From positions 3,488,001 to 3,552,000 of the forward strand of contig OZ242311.1 in NCBI GenBank assembly GCA_965207885.1: a stretch of 64,000 nucleotides of DNA, in the 5' to 3' direction. Position 1 is the stretch's first letter; each line of letters opens with the position of its first letter. The DNA is from Candidatus Latescibacterota bacterium. GTDB lineage: Bacteria > Latescibacterota > UBA2968. A program made the translations under genes and the position numbers. The notes beneath the pieces are model-generated. The model saw only the letters and a program-made list of their open reading frames with translations. It was not told the DNA's origin and did not search any database. Positions 56,549 to 64,000 of this stretch are shown piece after piece.

Positions 56549-57670
56549 ATGACTACCAAAATTCTTTTCTCCCTCCTCAGTCTGCTACTCGCAATGCCAT
56601 CTTATGCACAGCGCCCGCGTGCCCGGGATCTCGGCATTCAGATTGGCACATTGTCTACAGGTACATACAACGCCATCACCGATGTCGAAGGCGTTCTCGT
56701 CGGTCACGTCACATTAATTGAAGGCAGTGGCGAACTCGTCGTGGGCAAAGGTCCCGTGCGAACGGGTGTCACAGCCATTGTCCCGCACGGCGAGGACATC
56801 TTCCGAAATAATATATTTGCCGCAGCCGAAGCCCTCAATGGCAACGGTGAAATGACGGGAATGGCATGGATTAACGAACGCGGACAACTCGAAGTGCCCG
56901 TTGTACTTACGAATACGCTCTCCGTGGGCGAAGGCTATAGTGGCGTGGTCGCATACATGCTCAAACAGGGCACTGGGAGGGTCCCCCTACCCGTAGTCGC
57001 CGAATGTTATGACGGCGGTCTCAACGATATAGCCGGACGACACGTCACAGTCGATCACGTTGTCGAAGCCATTGAAACCGCCACAGGCGGCACAGTGCCC
57101 GAAGGCTCGGTTGGCGCAGGTACGGGAATGCGCTCGTATGGATTCAAAGCGGGTATTGGCACAGCCTCGCGCGTTGTACCAGATGGACATACCGTAGGCG
57201 TACTCGTCAATGCCAACTGTGGGCGCAGGCGGGAACTCCTCATTGCCGGCGTTCCCGCAGGACGCGAATTACCCGTTCAGGCCTCCCCAACGCGCGATGG
57301 CTCGATCATAGTGGTCATAGCTACCGACGCGCCTCTGGTGCCGCATCAATTGCGCCGCCTGTGCAAACGCGCCGCTCTGGGCATTGGTCGCACGGGTACG
57401 GTTTCCCGCACGAGCAGCGGAGATTTTGCCCTTGCCTTTTCAACCGCCTATCGCCTACCTCGCACCCGCGCTGACCGCGATACAATTACCACACTACGCG
57501 ATGGTCGGCTAAACGCCATCTTCCAGGCCACCATTGAAGCTACCGAAGAAGCCATTGTCAACGCCATGTGCGTGGCAGAACCCATGACGGGCCGAGATAA
57601 CCGCACAATGCCTGCGTTACCGCATGACAAATTGATTGAGGTAATGAAAAAATACGGTCGCTTAAAATAA
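56549..57670 (+). CDS. dmpA: P1/S58 family aminopeptidase (DmpA-like), secreted
   Basis: RPRARDLG, NAITDVEGVLVGH, EGSVGAGTGM, DG|SIIVVIATDAP autoproteolysis site, SGDFALAFST. Confidence 0.88.
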   Translation: MTTKILFSLLSLLLAMPSYAQRPRARDLGIQIGTLSTGTYNAITDVEGVLVGHVTLIEGSGELVVGKGPVRTGVTAIVPHGEDIFRNNIFAAAEALNGNGEMTGMAWINERGQLEVPVVLTNTLSVGEGYSGVVAYMLKQGTGRVPLPVVAECYDGGLNDIAGRHVTVDHVVEAIETATGGTVPEGSVGAGTGMRSYGFKAGIGTASRVVPDGHTVGVLVNANCGRRRELLIAGVPAGRELPVQASPTRDGSIIVVIATDAPLVPHQLRRLCKRAALGIGRTGTVSRTSSGDFALAFSTAYRLPRTRADRDTITTLRDGRLNAIFQATIEATEEAIVNAMCVAEPMTGRDNRTMPALPHDKLIEVMKKYGRLK

Positions 57671-57682
57671 ACGAGGTGCTCT

Positions 57683-59158
57683 ATGTCTCAAATACCCATC
57701 ATCACTGCCCTTTGCGCCTATGTTTTCCTCACCCTATTGGTTGGCGTCTATGCCGGCAGGCGCGTCAAAGATTCTGCCGATTTTGTCGTTGCGGGTCGGC
57801 GTTTGGGCATCTTATTGGCCACGGGCACGCTTTCCGCCACCTGGTTTGGCACGGGCACTGTGCTCGGCGCAGCAGGCGCGGCTTACAAAGGCGGTTTTTT
57901 AGCCATCATTGCCGATCCTTTTGGCGCAGCCCTGTGTCTGTTTCTCGCGGGCCTGTTTTACGTGCGAATGATGCGCCGCATGGGCGTTTCAACCATTGCC
58001 GAATTTTTTGAACGGAGATTTGGCAAAACAGCCGGTGTGGTCGCCGCAGCATGTACGATTCCGGCCTATCTGGGCTGGGTTGCGTCGCTAATGGTGGGAT
58101 TTGGGAAAATTATCCACGCGCTCACGGGATTGGATGCGGTATTAGGCACCTGTCTGGGTGCTGCTATTGTGCTGATCTATACAACCGTAGGCGGCATGTG
58201 GGCGGTGACGCTGACTGACTTTATTCAGGTAGCCGTCTTAACCCTGGGGCTGATCTTTATGACCCCCGTTCTCCTGAGCGACATGGGGGGATGGGCCGCC
58301 ATTCGAGCGCAGCTGCCCGATGACCAATTTTATCTCTATCCCCGCGATGCAGACATGACCACCTGGTTTAATTATGCGCGCGCCTGGTTGGTAATTGGAC
58401 TGGGCAATCTCGCAGGACAGGACCTTTTGCAACGCAGCCTATCCAGTCGAAACGAAGCCGTCGCCCAAAACAGTGCCTACCTCTCTGGGATTATTTATCT
58501 GACCGTTGGCCTACTGCCCGTTTTCCTCGGCATTGCAGCCACCCTTACATTTCCCAATCTGGCCGACCCCGAGCAAGTGATGATGAAACTTGCCGAGACG
58601 TATCTACCTCCACTCGGCATGGCTGTTTTTATCGGTGCTTTGATCTCCGCACTGATGAGCAGTGCGGACAGCGCCTTGCTCGCCCCTGCCAGCGTGATCG
58701 GCAACGATTTGATCCGCTACCTGCGCCCCGACATTGACGCGCAAACCCAACTACGCCTGTGCCGCCTGAGTGTCCCTATCCTCGGCGTCATCGCGCTCTA
58801 TCTCGCCCTTTCGCACGACACGGTTTACACGCTAATGGTCGATTCCTGGTCCATCTTGCTAGCGACCCTCTTTGTGCCCCTCACTGCGGGTATCTGGTGG
58901 CGCAACGCCAATCGTTCTGGCGCGCTCTGGTCAATGATTTCAGGTGCTATCGCCTATCTCATCCTGCTCCAAATCGCGCCCGACCAACCCGCCGACCTCC
59001 TCGCAGTACCAGTCGGCCTTCTCGCACTTATCATCATAACCAAAGCGACTGCAAAAACAGATCCACCCTTGCCCTTGAGCGATACGTCAGGAACACCTCT
59101 CCCCTATGAAAACCGCCTGGGTGCTCTAAATCCACTTCGAGGTTCATCTAAAAAGTGA
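57683..59158 (+). CDS. Sodium:solute symporter family protein
   Basis: DFVVAGRRL, ATWFG, YTTVGGMWAVTLTDFIQ, SALMSSADS. Confidence 0.92.
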   Translation: MSQIPIITALCAYVFLTLLVGVYAGRRVKDSADFVVAGRRLGILLATGTLSATWFGTGTVLGAAGAAYKGGFLAIIADPFGAALCLFLAGLFYVRMMRRMGVSTIAEFFERRFGKTAGVVAAACTIPAYLGWVASLMVGFGKIIHALTGLDAVLGTCLGAAIVLIYTTVGGMWAVTLTDFIQVAVLTLGLIFMTPVLLSDMGGWAAIRAQLPDDQFYLYPRDADMTTWFNYARAWLVIGLGNLAGQDLLQRSLSSRNEAVAQNSAYLSGIIYLTVGLLPVFLGIAATLTFPNLADPEQVMMKLAETYLPPLGMAVFIGALISALMSSADSALLAPASVIGNDLIRYLRPDIDAQTQLRLCRLSVPILGVIALYLALSHDTVYTLMVDSWSILLATLFVPLTAGIWWRNANRSGALWSMISGAIAYLILLQIAPDQPADLLAVPVGLLALIIITKATAKTDPPLPLSDTSGTPLPYENRLGALNPLRGSSKK

Positions 59159-59187
59159 TGCGCTACATTTGGTAAATTCCTTGTCCT

Positions 59188-59237
59188 AAAAAACAAAGGC
59201 GCAGTTCCATAATACAGGAACTGCGCTCATTTTATTT
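59188..59237. terminator. Bidirectional terminator
   Basis: gcgcagttcc / ggaactgcgc stem with A- and T-rich flanks between convergent genes. Confidence 0.8.
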
Positions 59238-59252
59238 CTATGCAAGCAAACA

Positions 59253-60011
59253 TCACCCCGCCCGAACGCGATTAATCTTGCTCGCTGCGACACCTGCACC
59301 AAATCCATTGTCGATATTGACCACAGTCACACCCGACGCGCAACTGTTCAACATACCCAGCAATGCTGCCAGCCCCTTAAAACTCGCCCCGTATCCCACG
59401 CTGGTCGGCACGGCAATAAGTGGCACATTGACCAGACCACCAACCACACTGGGCAGCGCCCCCTCCATCCCGGCCACCACGATAATCACACTTGCATCCA
59501 ATAGACGTTCCTTACACGCCAGCAAACGGTGAATCCCGGCAACCCCTACATCGTAAAGCGTTTCGACTTCATTGCCCATCACCCGCGCGGTTTCCACGGC
59601 TTCTTCTGCCACGGGCAAGTCGGATGTGCCCGCAGACACAACCAGAATTTTGCCGACTGTTTCTGCCGAGGGAATCTCCCCTGCCACAACCACTGTGCGC
59701 GCGAGCGCATTGACATTTGTTTCGGGATATTTGGCGACCAGAGCATCCCGCATCTCTGCATTTGTGCGTGTCGCCAGCAGTGTCGCACCCGATGACACAA
59801 TGCGGTCTGCTATAGCGGTCACTTGCTCGGCTGTCTTTCCCTCACAAAAAATAACTTCGGGAAACCCTTGCCTCAGTGTGCGGTGGTGGTCAATGCGCGC
59901 AAAACCAAGCTCTTCAAAAGGCAAGTGCGCGAGGTTTGCAAACGCCTCATCCACATCTGTTTGCCCCTGTGCAACAGCTTCTAACAACGCGCGTATGCGT
60001 TCTGGTGTCAC
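59253..60011 (-). CDS. larB: Nickel-pincer cofactor biosynthesis carboxylase LarB (PurE-like)
   Basis: ARIDHHR..RQGFPEVIFCEGKT, AGTSDLPVAEE, DVGVAGIHRL, AGMEGALPSV, NSCASGVTVVNIDNGFGA. Confidence 0.95.
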   Translation of the reverse strand: MTPERIRALLEAVAQGQTDVDEAFANLAHLPFEELGFARIDHHRTLRQGFPEVIFCEGKTAEQVTAIADRIVSSGATLLATRTNAEMRDALVAKYPETNVNALARTVVVAGEIPSAETVGKILVVSAGTSDLPVAEEAVETARVMGNEVETLYDVGVAGIHRLLACKERLLDASVIIVVAGMEGALPSVVGGLVNVPLIAVPTSVGYGASFKGLAALLGMLNSCASGVTVVNIDNGFGAGVAASKINRVRAG

Positions 60012-60988
60012 GCCGCCACCCCCGCTTTTATTTGTCCCAGCAAATCCATGAGATGATTTGGATCGTCTTCTGTCATCAACGTGCGACGATAAGGAGTAGC
60101 GCCGGACACCCCCTTGATATATGCCGCGAGATGCCGGCGCATTTCCAGGACGCCATAGCGCAGCCCCTTAAACGCGATAGACGCCTTAAGATGGTGAACA
60201 GCCATTTCCAGGCGGTCCCTATCCGTTGGCTCAGGCAATAATTCCCCCGTATTCAGAAAGACCTCCATGCGCTTAAAAAGCCAGGGATTGCCAATAGCCC
60301 ATCGCCCCACCATCACCAGATCGCAACCCGTTTTCTGCATCATCTCCTTTGCAGCCTCTGGCCCGCGCACATCGCCATTGCCTATTACGGGAATCGAAAC
60401 CGCGTTTTTGACTTCCGCGATAATATCCCAGTCTGCTCTGCCCGCAAATTTCGCCTCGCGCGTGCGTCCATGCACGGCAATTGCCGCTGCACCAGAATCT
60501 TCAGCAATCCGCGCAACTGCAACTGCCTGATCGGCTTGCGCCCATCCACTTCTAATTTTCAGCGTCACAGGAATATCCACAGCACGCACCATTGCCGCAA
60601 TGATCTGTCCCAATCTATCAGGTGTATTGAGCAGCGCCGCACCCGCATTTTTCGTCACGATTTTTTTTACCGGGCACCCGCAATTGATGTCGATAATATC
60701 CGGATTGCGCTCCGCCACAACCCGAGCACCTTCGGCCATGACCTCGGGTTCTGAGCCGAACAACTGCGCGGAAATCGGAAACTCATCGGCCTCAAAATCG
60801 AGATATTGATTCGACCTCTCACTACCCTCGGCCAATCCTTTGGCGCTGACCATCTCCGTGACCGCAAAACTCGCGCCCTGTTGCCGGCACAGCATGCGAA
60901 AAGACCGGTCTGTAATACCTGCCAATGGTGCCAGCGCCGTCCGCCCGGGGATATTTACCCCACCGATTTTTACGCTCATATCATTCAT
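60008..60988 (-). CDS. dusB: tRNA-dihydrouridine synthase B
   Basis: LAPLAGITD, DINCGCP, VHGRT, GNGDV, GRWAIGNPW. Confidence 0.93.
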   Translation of the reverse strand: MNDMSVKIGGVNIPGRTALAPLAGITDRSFRMLCRQQGASFAVTEMVSAKGLAEGSERSNQYLDFEADEFPISAQLFGSEPEVMAEGARVVAERNPDIIDINCGCPVKKIVTKNAGAALLNTPDRLGQIIAAMVRAVDIPVTLKIRSGWAQADQAVAVARIAEDSGAAAIAVHGRTREAKFAGRADWDIIAEVKNAVSIPVIGNGDVRGPEAAKEMMQKTGCDLVMVGRWAIGNPWLFKRMEVFLNTGELLPEPTDRDRLEMAVHHLKASIAFKGLRYGVLEMRRHLAAYIKGVSGATPYRRTLMTEDDPNHLMDLLGQIKAGVAA

Positions 60989-61833
60989 ACTGATGTTTCT
61001 CGCGCTTCTAACAACACGTTTGACAATTGCTCGGCAAATTTCACCTGACTATTGTCCTCGGGTTCATAGCCGATTTTCTTGCGCGCATTGGAGATCGTCC
61101 AGAAATTGTGTGAATTGCCGCTAATGCCGTAAAAAATTTGAAATGGGATACCGTATTCATCTTCGATATTTTCAGCCTCAATACTCTTCACAATCAACTG
61201 CACCTGATCCCGAATGCTCAAATACGCGCCCAACCCCCGATGCATACTTTTCAAATTTGTGGATCTTGCGCGATCCATATCGGTCTCGCGCGGGCCACCA
61301 ATCCGAATCTGCACATTCTCCAGCTTCTTGCCGTCATTCATCAATCCCGTTGCAAAGGTAAAGCCCAACAACTCGTATTGCGCCTTTGCCCAGCCGTAAT
61401 AATTGTCGGAAAGCGGGTACATCTCTGGCGTCACAAATTCCTGCTTGCCCGCCCAAATCAGATTTTCGTAATAATCTGCCGCGTGATTTGAACTGATGAT
61501 CACAGCGCGTCGAACATTTTCCTCCACACACGTCTGATACACATTGTGCGCCATATCGATATTTGTCATCTCTGCCCAGAAGCGATCTGCATCATCTCTT
61601 GTCCGAACAAATCCGCAGTGGATAATCGCATCTTGCCCCCTGAAATACTCCCGATACGCATCCCGATCTCGATTCGTCAAATCCGCAATCACCACATCGC
61701 GTACTTCCTCGCCCTGGCGGTTGGTCGTCTTCACGTCTAAAACCGTCAGATCATATCGCTCGCGCAATGCGGGCAACATCCGCCCGGCCACATAACCCGT
61801 ACCCCCCGTAATAAGCACCTTTCTCTTCGCCAT
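60985..61833 (-). CDS. NAD(P)-dependent epimerase/dehydratase (uronate dehydrogenase-like)
   Basis: ITGGTGYVA, SSNHA, YYGWAK, IGYEPED. Confidence 0.85.
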   Translation of the reverse strand: MAKRKVLITGGTGYVAGRMLPALRERYDLTVLDVKTTNRQGEEVRDVVIADLTNRDRDAYREYFRGQDAIIHCGFVRTRDDADRFWAEMTNIDMAHNVYQTCVEENVRRAVIISSNHAADYYENLIWAGKQEFVTPEMYPLSDNYYGWAKAQYELLGFTFATGLMNDGKKLENVQIRIGGPRETDMDRARSTNLKSMHRGLGAYLSIRDQVQLIVKSIEAENIEDEYGIPFQIFYGISGNSHNFWTISNARKKIGYEPEDNSQVKFAEQLSNVLLEARETSV

Positions 61834-61854
61834 ATCTGCTCCTCAGATCAATCA

Positions 61855-62613
61855 TCACGACAATGGAAATGGCATCCCAACCTTTGCGAAATGTCCAAAT
61901 TGATCTTCGCCGCGCAATACAATGGGCTGCCATGACTGTTTATGTGAATTGAGCGTGGTCTGTTTGACATGCGGGGGAATAAATCGCACGGTCAACCCGC
62001 ATCGCCGTCGGTTTGACCGATTGGGATTGCTCGCGTGAAATAATTGCCCATCGTGAACCGACATCTGCCCGGCTTTCAACACAATATCGACCGCCGCGCT
62101 ATCATCCACATAGTCATCTGGAATCTCCTGATTAATACTCAGCAAATTGCCTCCCCGTGCAGATTTGTCGTGTACAGCAATTCCATTTTTGTGCGATCCC
62201 GGAATAAAACGCATACACCCATTCTCCACATCCGCGTCGTCAATGGCGATCCATGCCGTATGTGCAATGGGCGGTTGCAGGCCCCAGTACGTAATATCCT
62301 GATGCCACGCCACAAATATCTTTGCCTCTGGATCGGGATATTTGCAAAAAAAGTGAGTGGATAACAGCATCACATTATCACCCATCACTGTCTGTATTAT
62401 GTCCAAGACCCGCTTATCCGTTGCCAATTGCCAGATAAATGTCTCGTCAAAATGCCGCCCCTGCAAACCGATCTGGCATTTCTCTTTGCCTTCTCGCGCT
62501 TCCAAATCGTCAAATAACGCGCGAAAATGCCCGATCTCGTTTTCTGAAAACACATCGACTTCTGTCAAAAATCCCTGCGTCTCATAAGTTTCGACCATAG
62601 AATCTACAGGCAT
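61855..62613 (-). CDS. PhyH family dioxygenase (HxD)
   Basis: AWHQDITYW, NGCMRFIPGSH, HDGQLFHAS.PN.S.RRR. Confidence 0.9.
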   Translation of the reverse strand: MPVDSMVETYETQGFLTEVDVFSENEIGHFRALFDDLEAREGKEKCQIGLQGRHFDETFIWQLATDKRVLDIIQTVMGDNVMLLSTHFFCKYPDPEAKIFVAWHQDITYWGLQPPIAHTAWIAIDDADVENGCMRFIPGSHKNGIAVHDKSARGGNLLSINQEIPDDYVDDSAAVDIVLKAGQMSVHDGQLFHASNPNRSNRRRCGLTVRFIPPHVKQTTLNSHKQSWQPIVLRGEDQFGHFAKVGMPFPLS

Positions 62614-62697
62614 GGTGCATTCCTTTCGTGAGCAATGGTGAACTGTATATAAACTATATCGGCTGTCTTTTTTGCGCAACTCGTTTTCCAAATTGCT

Positions 62698-62758
62698 AAA
62701 AAAAGAACCGGTTCAAAAGCGATACCCCGCGCAGCGTTCGCATATCAAACCGGCTTTT
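62698..62758 (-). terminator. Long imperfect hairpin terminator downstream of dapF
   Basis: ccggtt ... aaccgg stem followed by ttctttttt on the minus strand. Confidence 0.5.
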
Positions 62759-62778
62759 AACCGTTTATATCACCTATA

Positions 62779-63651
62779 TCAGACGCCGATCCCGCGCAAA
62801 AAAGACGGACTCAGCGTACCGCGCGCCACCTCTGCCACAGGTCCCGCCATTGTCAGGTTAAACGCTTCATCCACATCGATCATCAACGTGCCTCCCGGCG
62901 CTTCTACCGTCACAGGTGATGCCACCAATCCCAAACGCACCGCAGCACTTGCCGCAGCACATGACGAAGACCCCGACGCCTGCGTTTCGCCTGCGCCGCG
63001 TTCCCAGATCAAAATGAAAATCTTTTGGTCACCCGTGGGCACGACCAACTGCACATTGGTTCGCCTTGGAAAAATCTCGTGGTTCTCCAACTCAGGTCCA
63101 AGGCGCAACAAATCGTCGCGCGTCCACGCCTCGCCCCTGGGCTTAAACACCACACAATGGGGATTGCCCACGCTCACACCCGTAAATACCATATCCTCGC
63201 CAGCAGCAGTAATCGGCTGTTCGATCAGTTCTTCCACCTCGAGCGAACAGGGCAATGCCTCTGGTCTAAACGTCGCCTCCCCCATCTCTACTGTCGCCGC
63301 ACTCGCATCGCCCCATTCGTCGATATGCAAATCAATATGAACCAGCCCCCCCGGCGTATCGACGGAGAATGAGGTTTTGTCTATCTGACCCGTAGCATGC
63401 AAATACCGCGCAAAAATCCTCAGCCCATTACCCGATTTCTCCGCCTCGCTCCCATCTGGATTCCATATCCGCAACCCAAAATCCGCGCGGTCAGATGCTT
63501 CCAAAGTCAAAATGCCATCACTCCCTACTCCCCAATTGCGATCACAGATTTTCTCAATGCGCTCTGGCGTCAATTCAAACGTCAACTCCTTTGGATCCAT
63601 CACCAGATAATCATTGCCCAATCCATGACCCTTAAAAAATCCATTCTCCAT
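62779..63651 (-). CDS. dapF: Diaminopimelate epimerase family protein with Ser at both catalytic positions
   Basis: KGHGLGNDY, GVGSDG, NPDGSEAEKSGNG, VGNPH, WERGAGETQASGS. Confidence 0.88.
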   Translation of the reverse strand: MENGFFKGHGLGNDYLVMDPKELTFELTPERIEKICDRNWGVGSDGILTLEASDRADFGLRIWNPDGSEAEKSGNGLRIFARYLHATGQIDKTSFSVDTPGGLVHIDLHIDEWGDASAATVEMGEATFRPEALPCSLEVEELIEQPITAAGEDMVFTGVSVGNPHCVVFKPRGEAWTRDDLLRLGPELENHEIFPRRTNVQLVVPTGDQKIFILIWERGAGETQASGSSSCAAASAAVRLGLVASPVTVEAPGGTLMIDVDEAFNLTMAGPVAEVARGTLSPSFLRGIGV

Positions 63652-63685
63652 AATTGCTCCTGTTTTTTCGTAATAATCTAAAGCC

Positions 63686-64000
63686 CTAACTAACGACCAC
63701 CGCGACCCGATGCATCGAATTATTGAGATACCCCTTCGGATTCCAGGCAATGGCGTGCGGTTGACTTATCCCTTGCGAATCGGTCGCCCTTGCCCAGATC
63801 TCGTAATATCCCGCTTTGGGAAATGCGATATTCGCCCGCCAGTTCTGCCAAGCATACGCATTCACTGGTTCGTAGAGCTTCGCATCAATCCATGTTGCGC
63901 CAAAATCGATAGACAGACGGACAGCGTCAACCTTCCGGTCTCCTGCCCAGGCGTGTCCGCGCACTTCCAGAGTTTGCTCGCTCATCTTGTGACCGGTACC
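63686..64000 (-). CDS. Sulfite oxidase-family molybdoenzyme, C-terminal dimerisation domain (partial)
   Basis: VRGHAWAG, SIDFGATW, YEIWARATDSQG..QP, WNPKGYLNN; frame stays open to the window edge. Confidence 0.88.
   Translation of the reverse strand, partial: GTGHKMSEQTLEVRGHAWAGDRKVDAVRLSIDFGATWIDAKLYEPVNAYAWQNWRANIAFPKAGYYEIWARATDSQGISQPHAIAWNPKGYLNNSMHRVAVVVS

Noticed and set aside
62672-63340. 222-aa + strand ORF and the many other short overlapping track ORFs
   Set aside because: Antisense or alternate-frame shadows of well-supported genes, with no independent signals.
1-64000. CRISPR array, rRNA, group II intron or retron
   Set aside because: No regularly spaced 25-45 bp repeats, rRNA-like sequence or reverse transcriptase motifs; intergenic gaps are too short.

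Overview
Gene-dense 64 kb chromosomal window with about 55 CDS and 2 tRNAs. Lineage is inferred to be FCB-superphylum, possibly a Latescibacterota-like marine or sponge-associated bacterium, from a GWxTD protein, a short RpoD-family sigma, futalosine genes, five PhyH paralogs, sulfatases, a heparinase II/III-like protein and an FN3/Calx-beta lipoprotein. Housekeeping genes (proS, glnS, tRNA-Glu, tRNA-Gln, dusB, dapF, mqnB/mqnD, larB) are mixed with catabolic and accessory genes. The best candidate for an undescribed system is an operon of nitroreductase, DsrM-like cytochrome b, DsrK-like Fe-S protein, cysteine desulfurase and a two-cysteine (CX10C) DsrC, with no dsrAB in the window. It may be a cysteine- or persulfide-fed DsrC/DsrMK circuit. 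Other highlights: a UGA-recoded UxxC peroxiredoxin-like selenoprotein with a SECIS-like hairpin, which the ORF track splits in two; two tandem PhyH enzymes with HxG instead of HxD; a tnpB-only IS605-family element whose insertion rebuilds the host gene's last codon and stop; a Ser/Ser DapF; a Schlafen/AlbA_2 fusion; and several short gene stubs and heptamer repeats at gene junctions. No CRISPR array or rRNA was seen. All calls come from motif reading only; no database searches were run.
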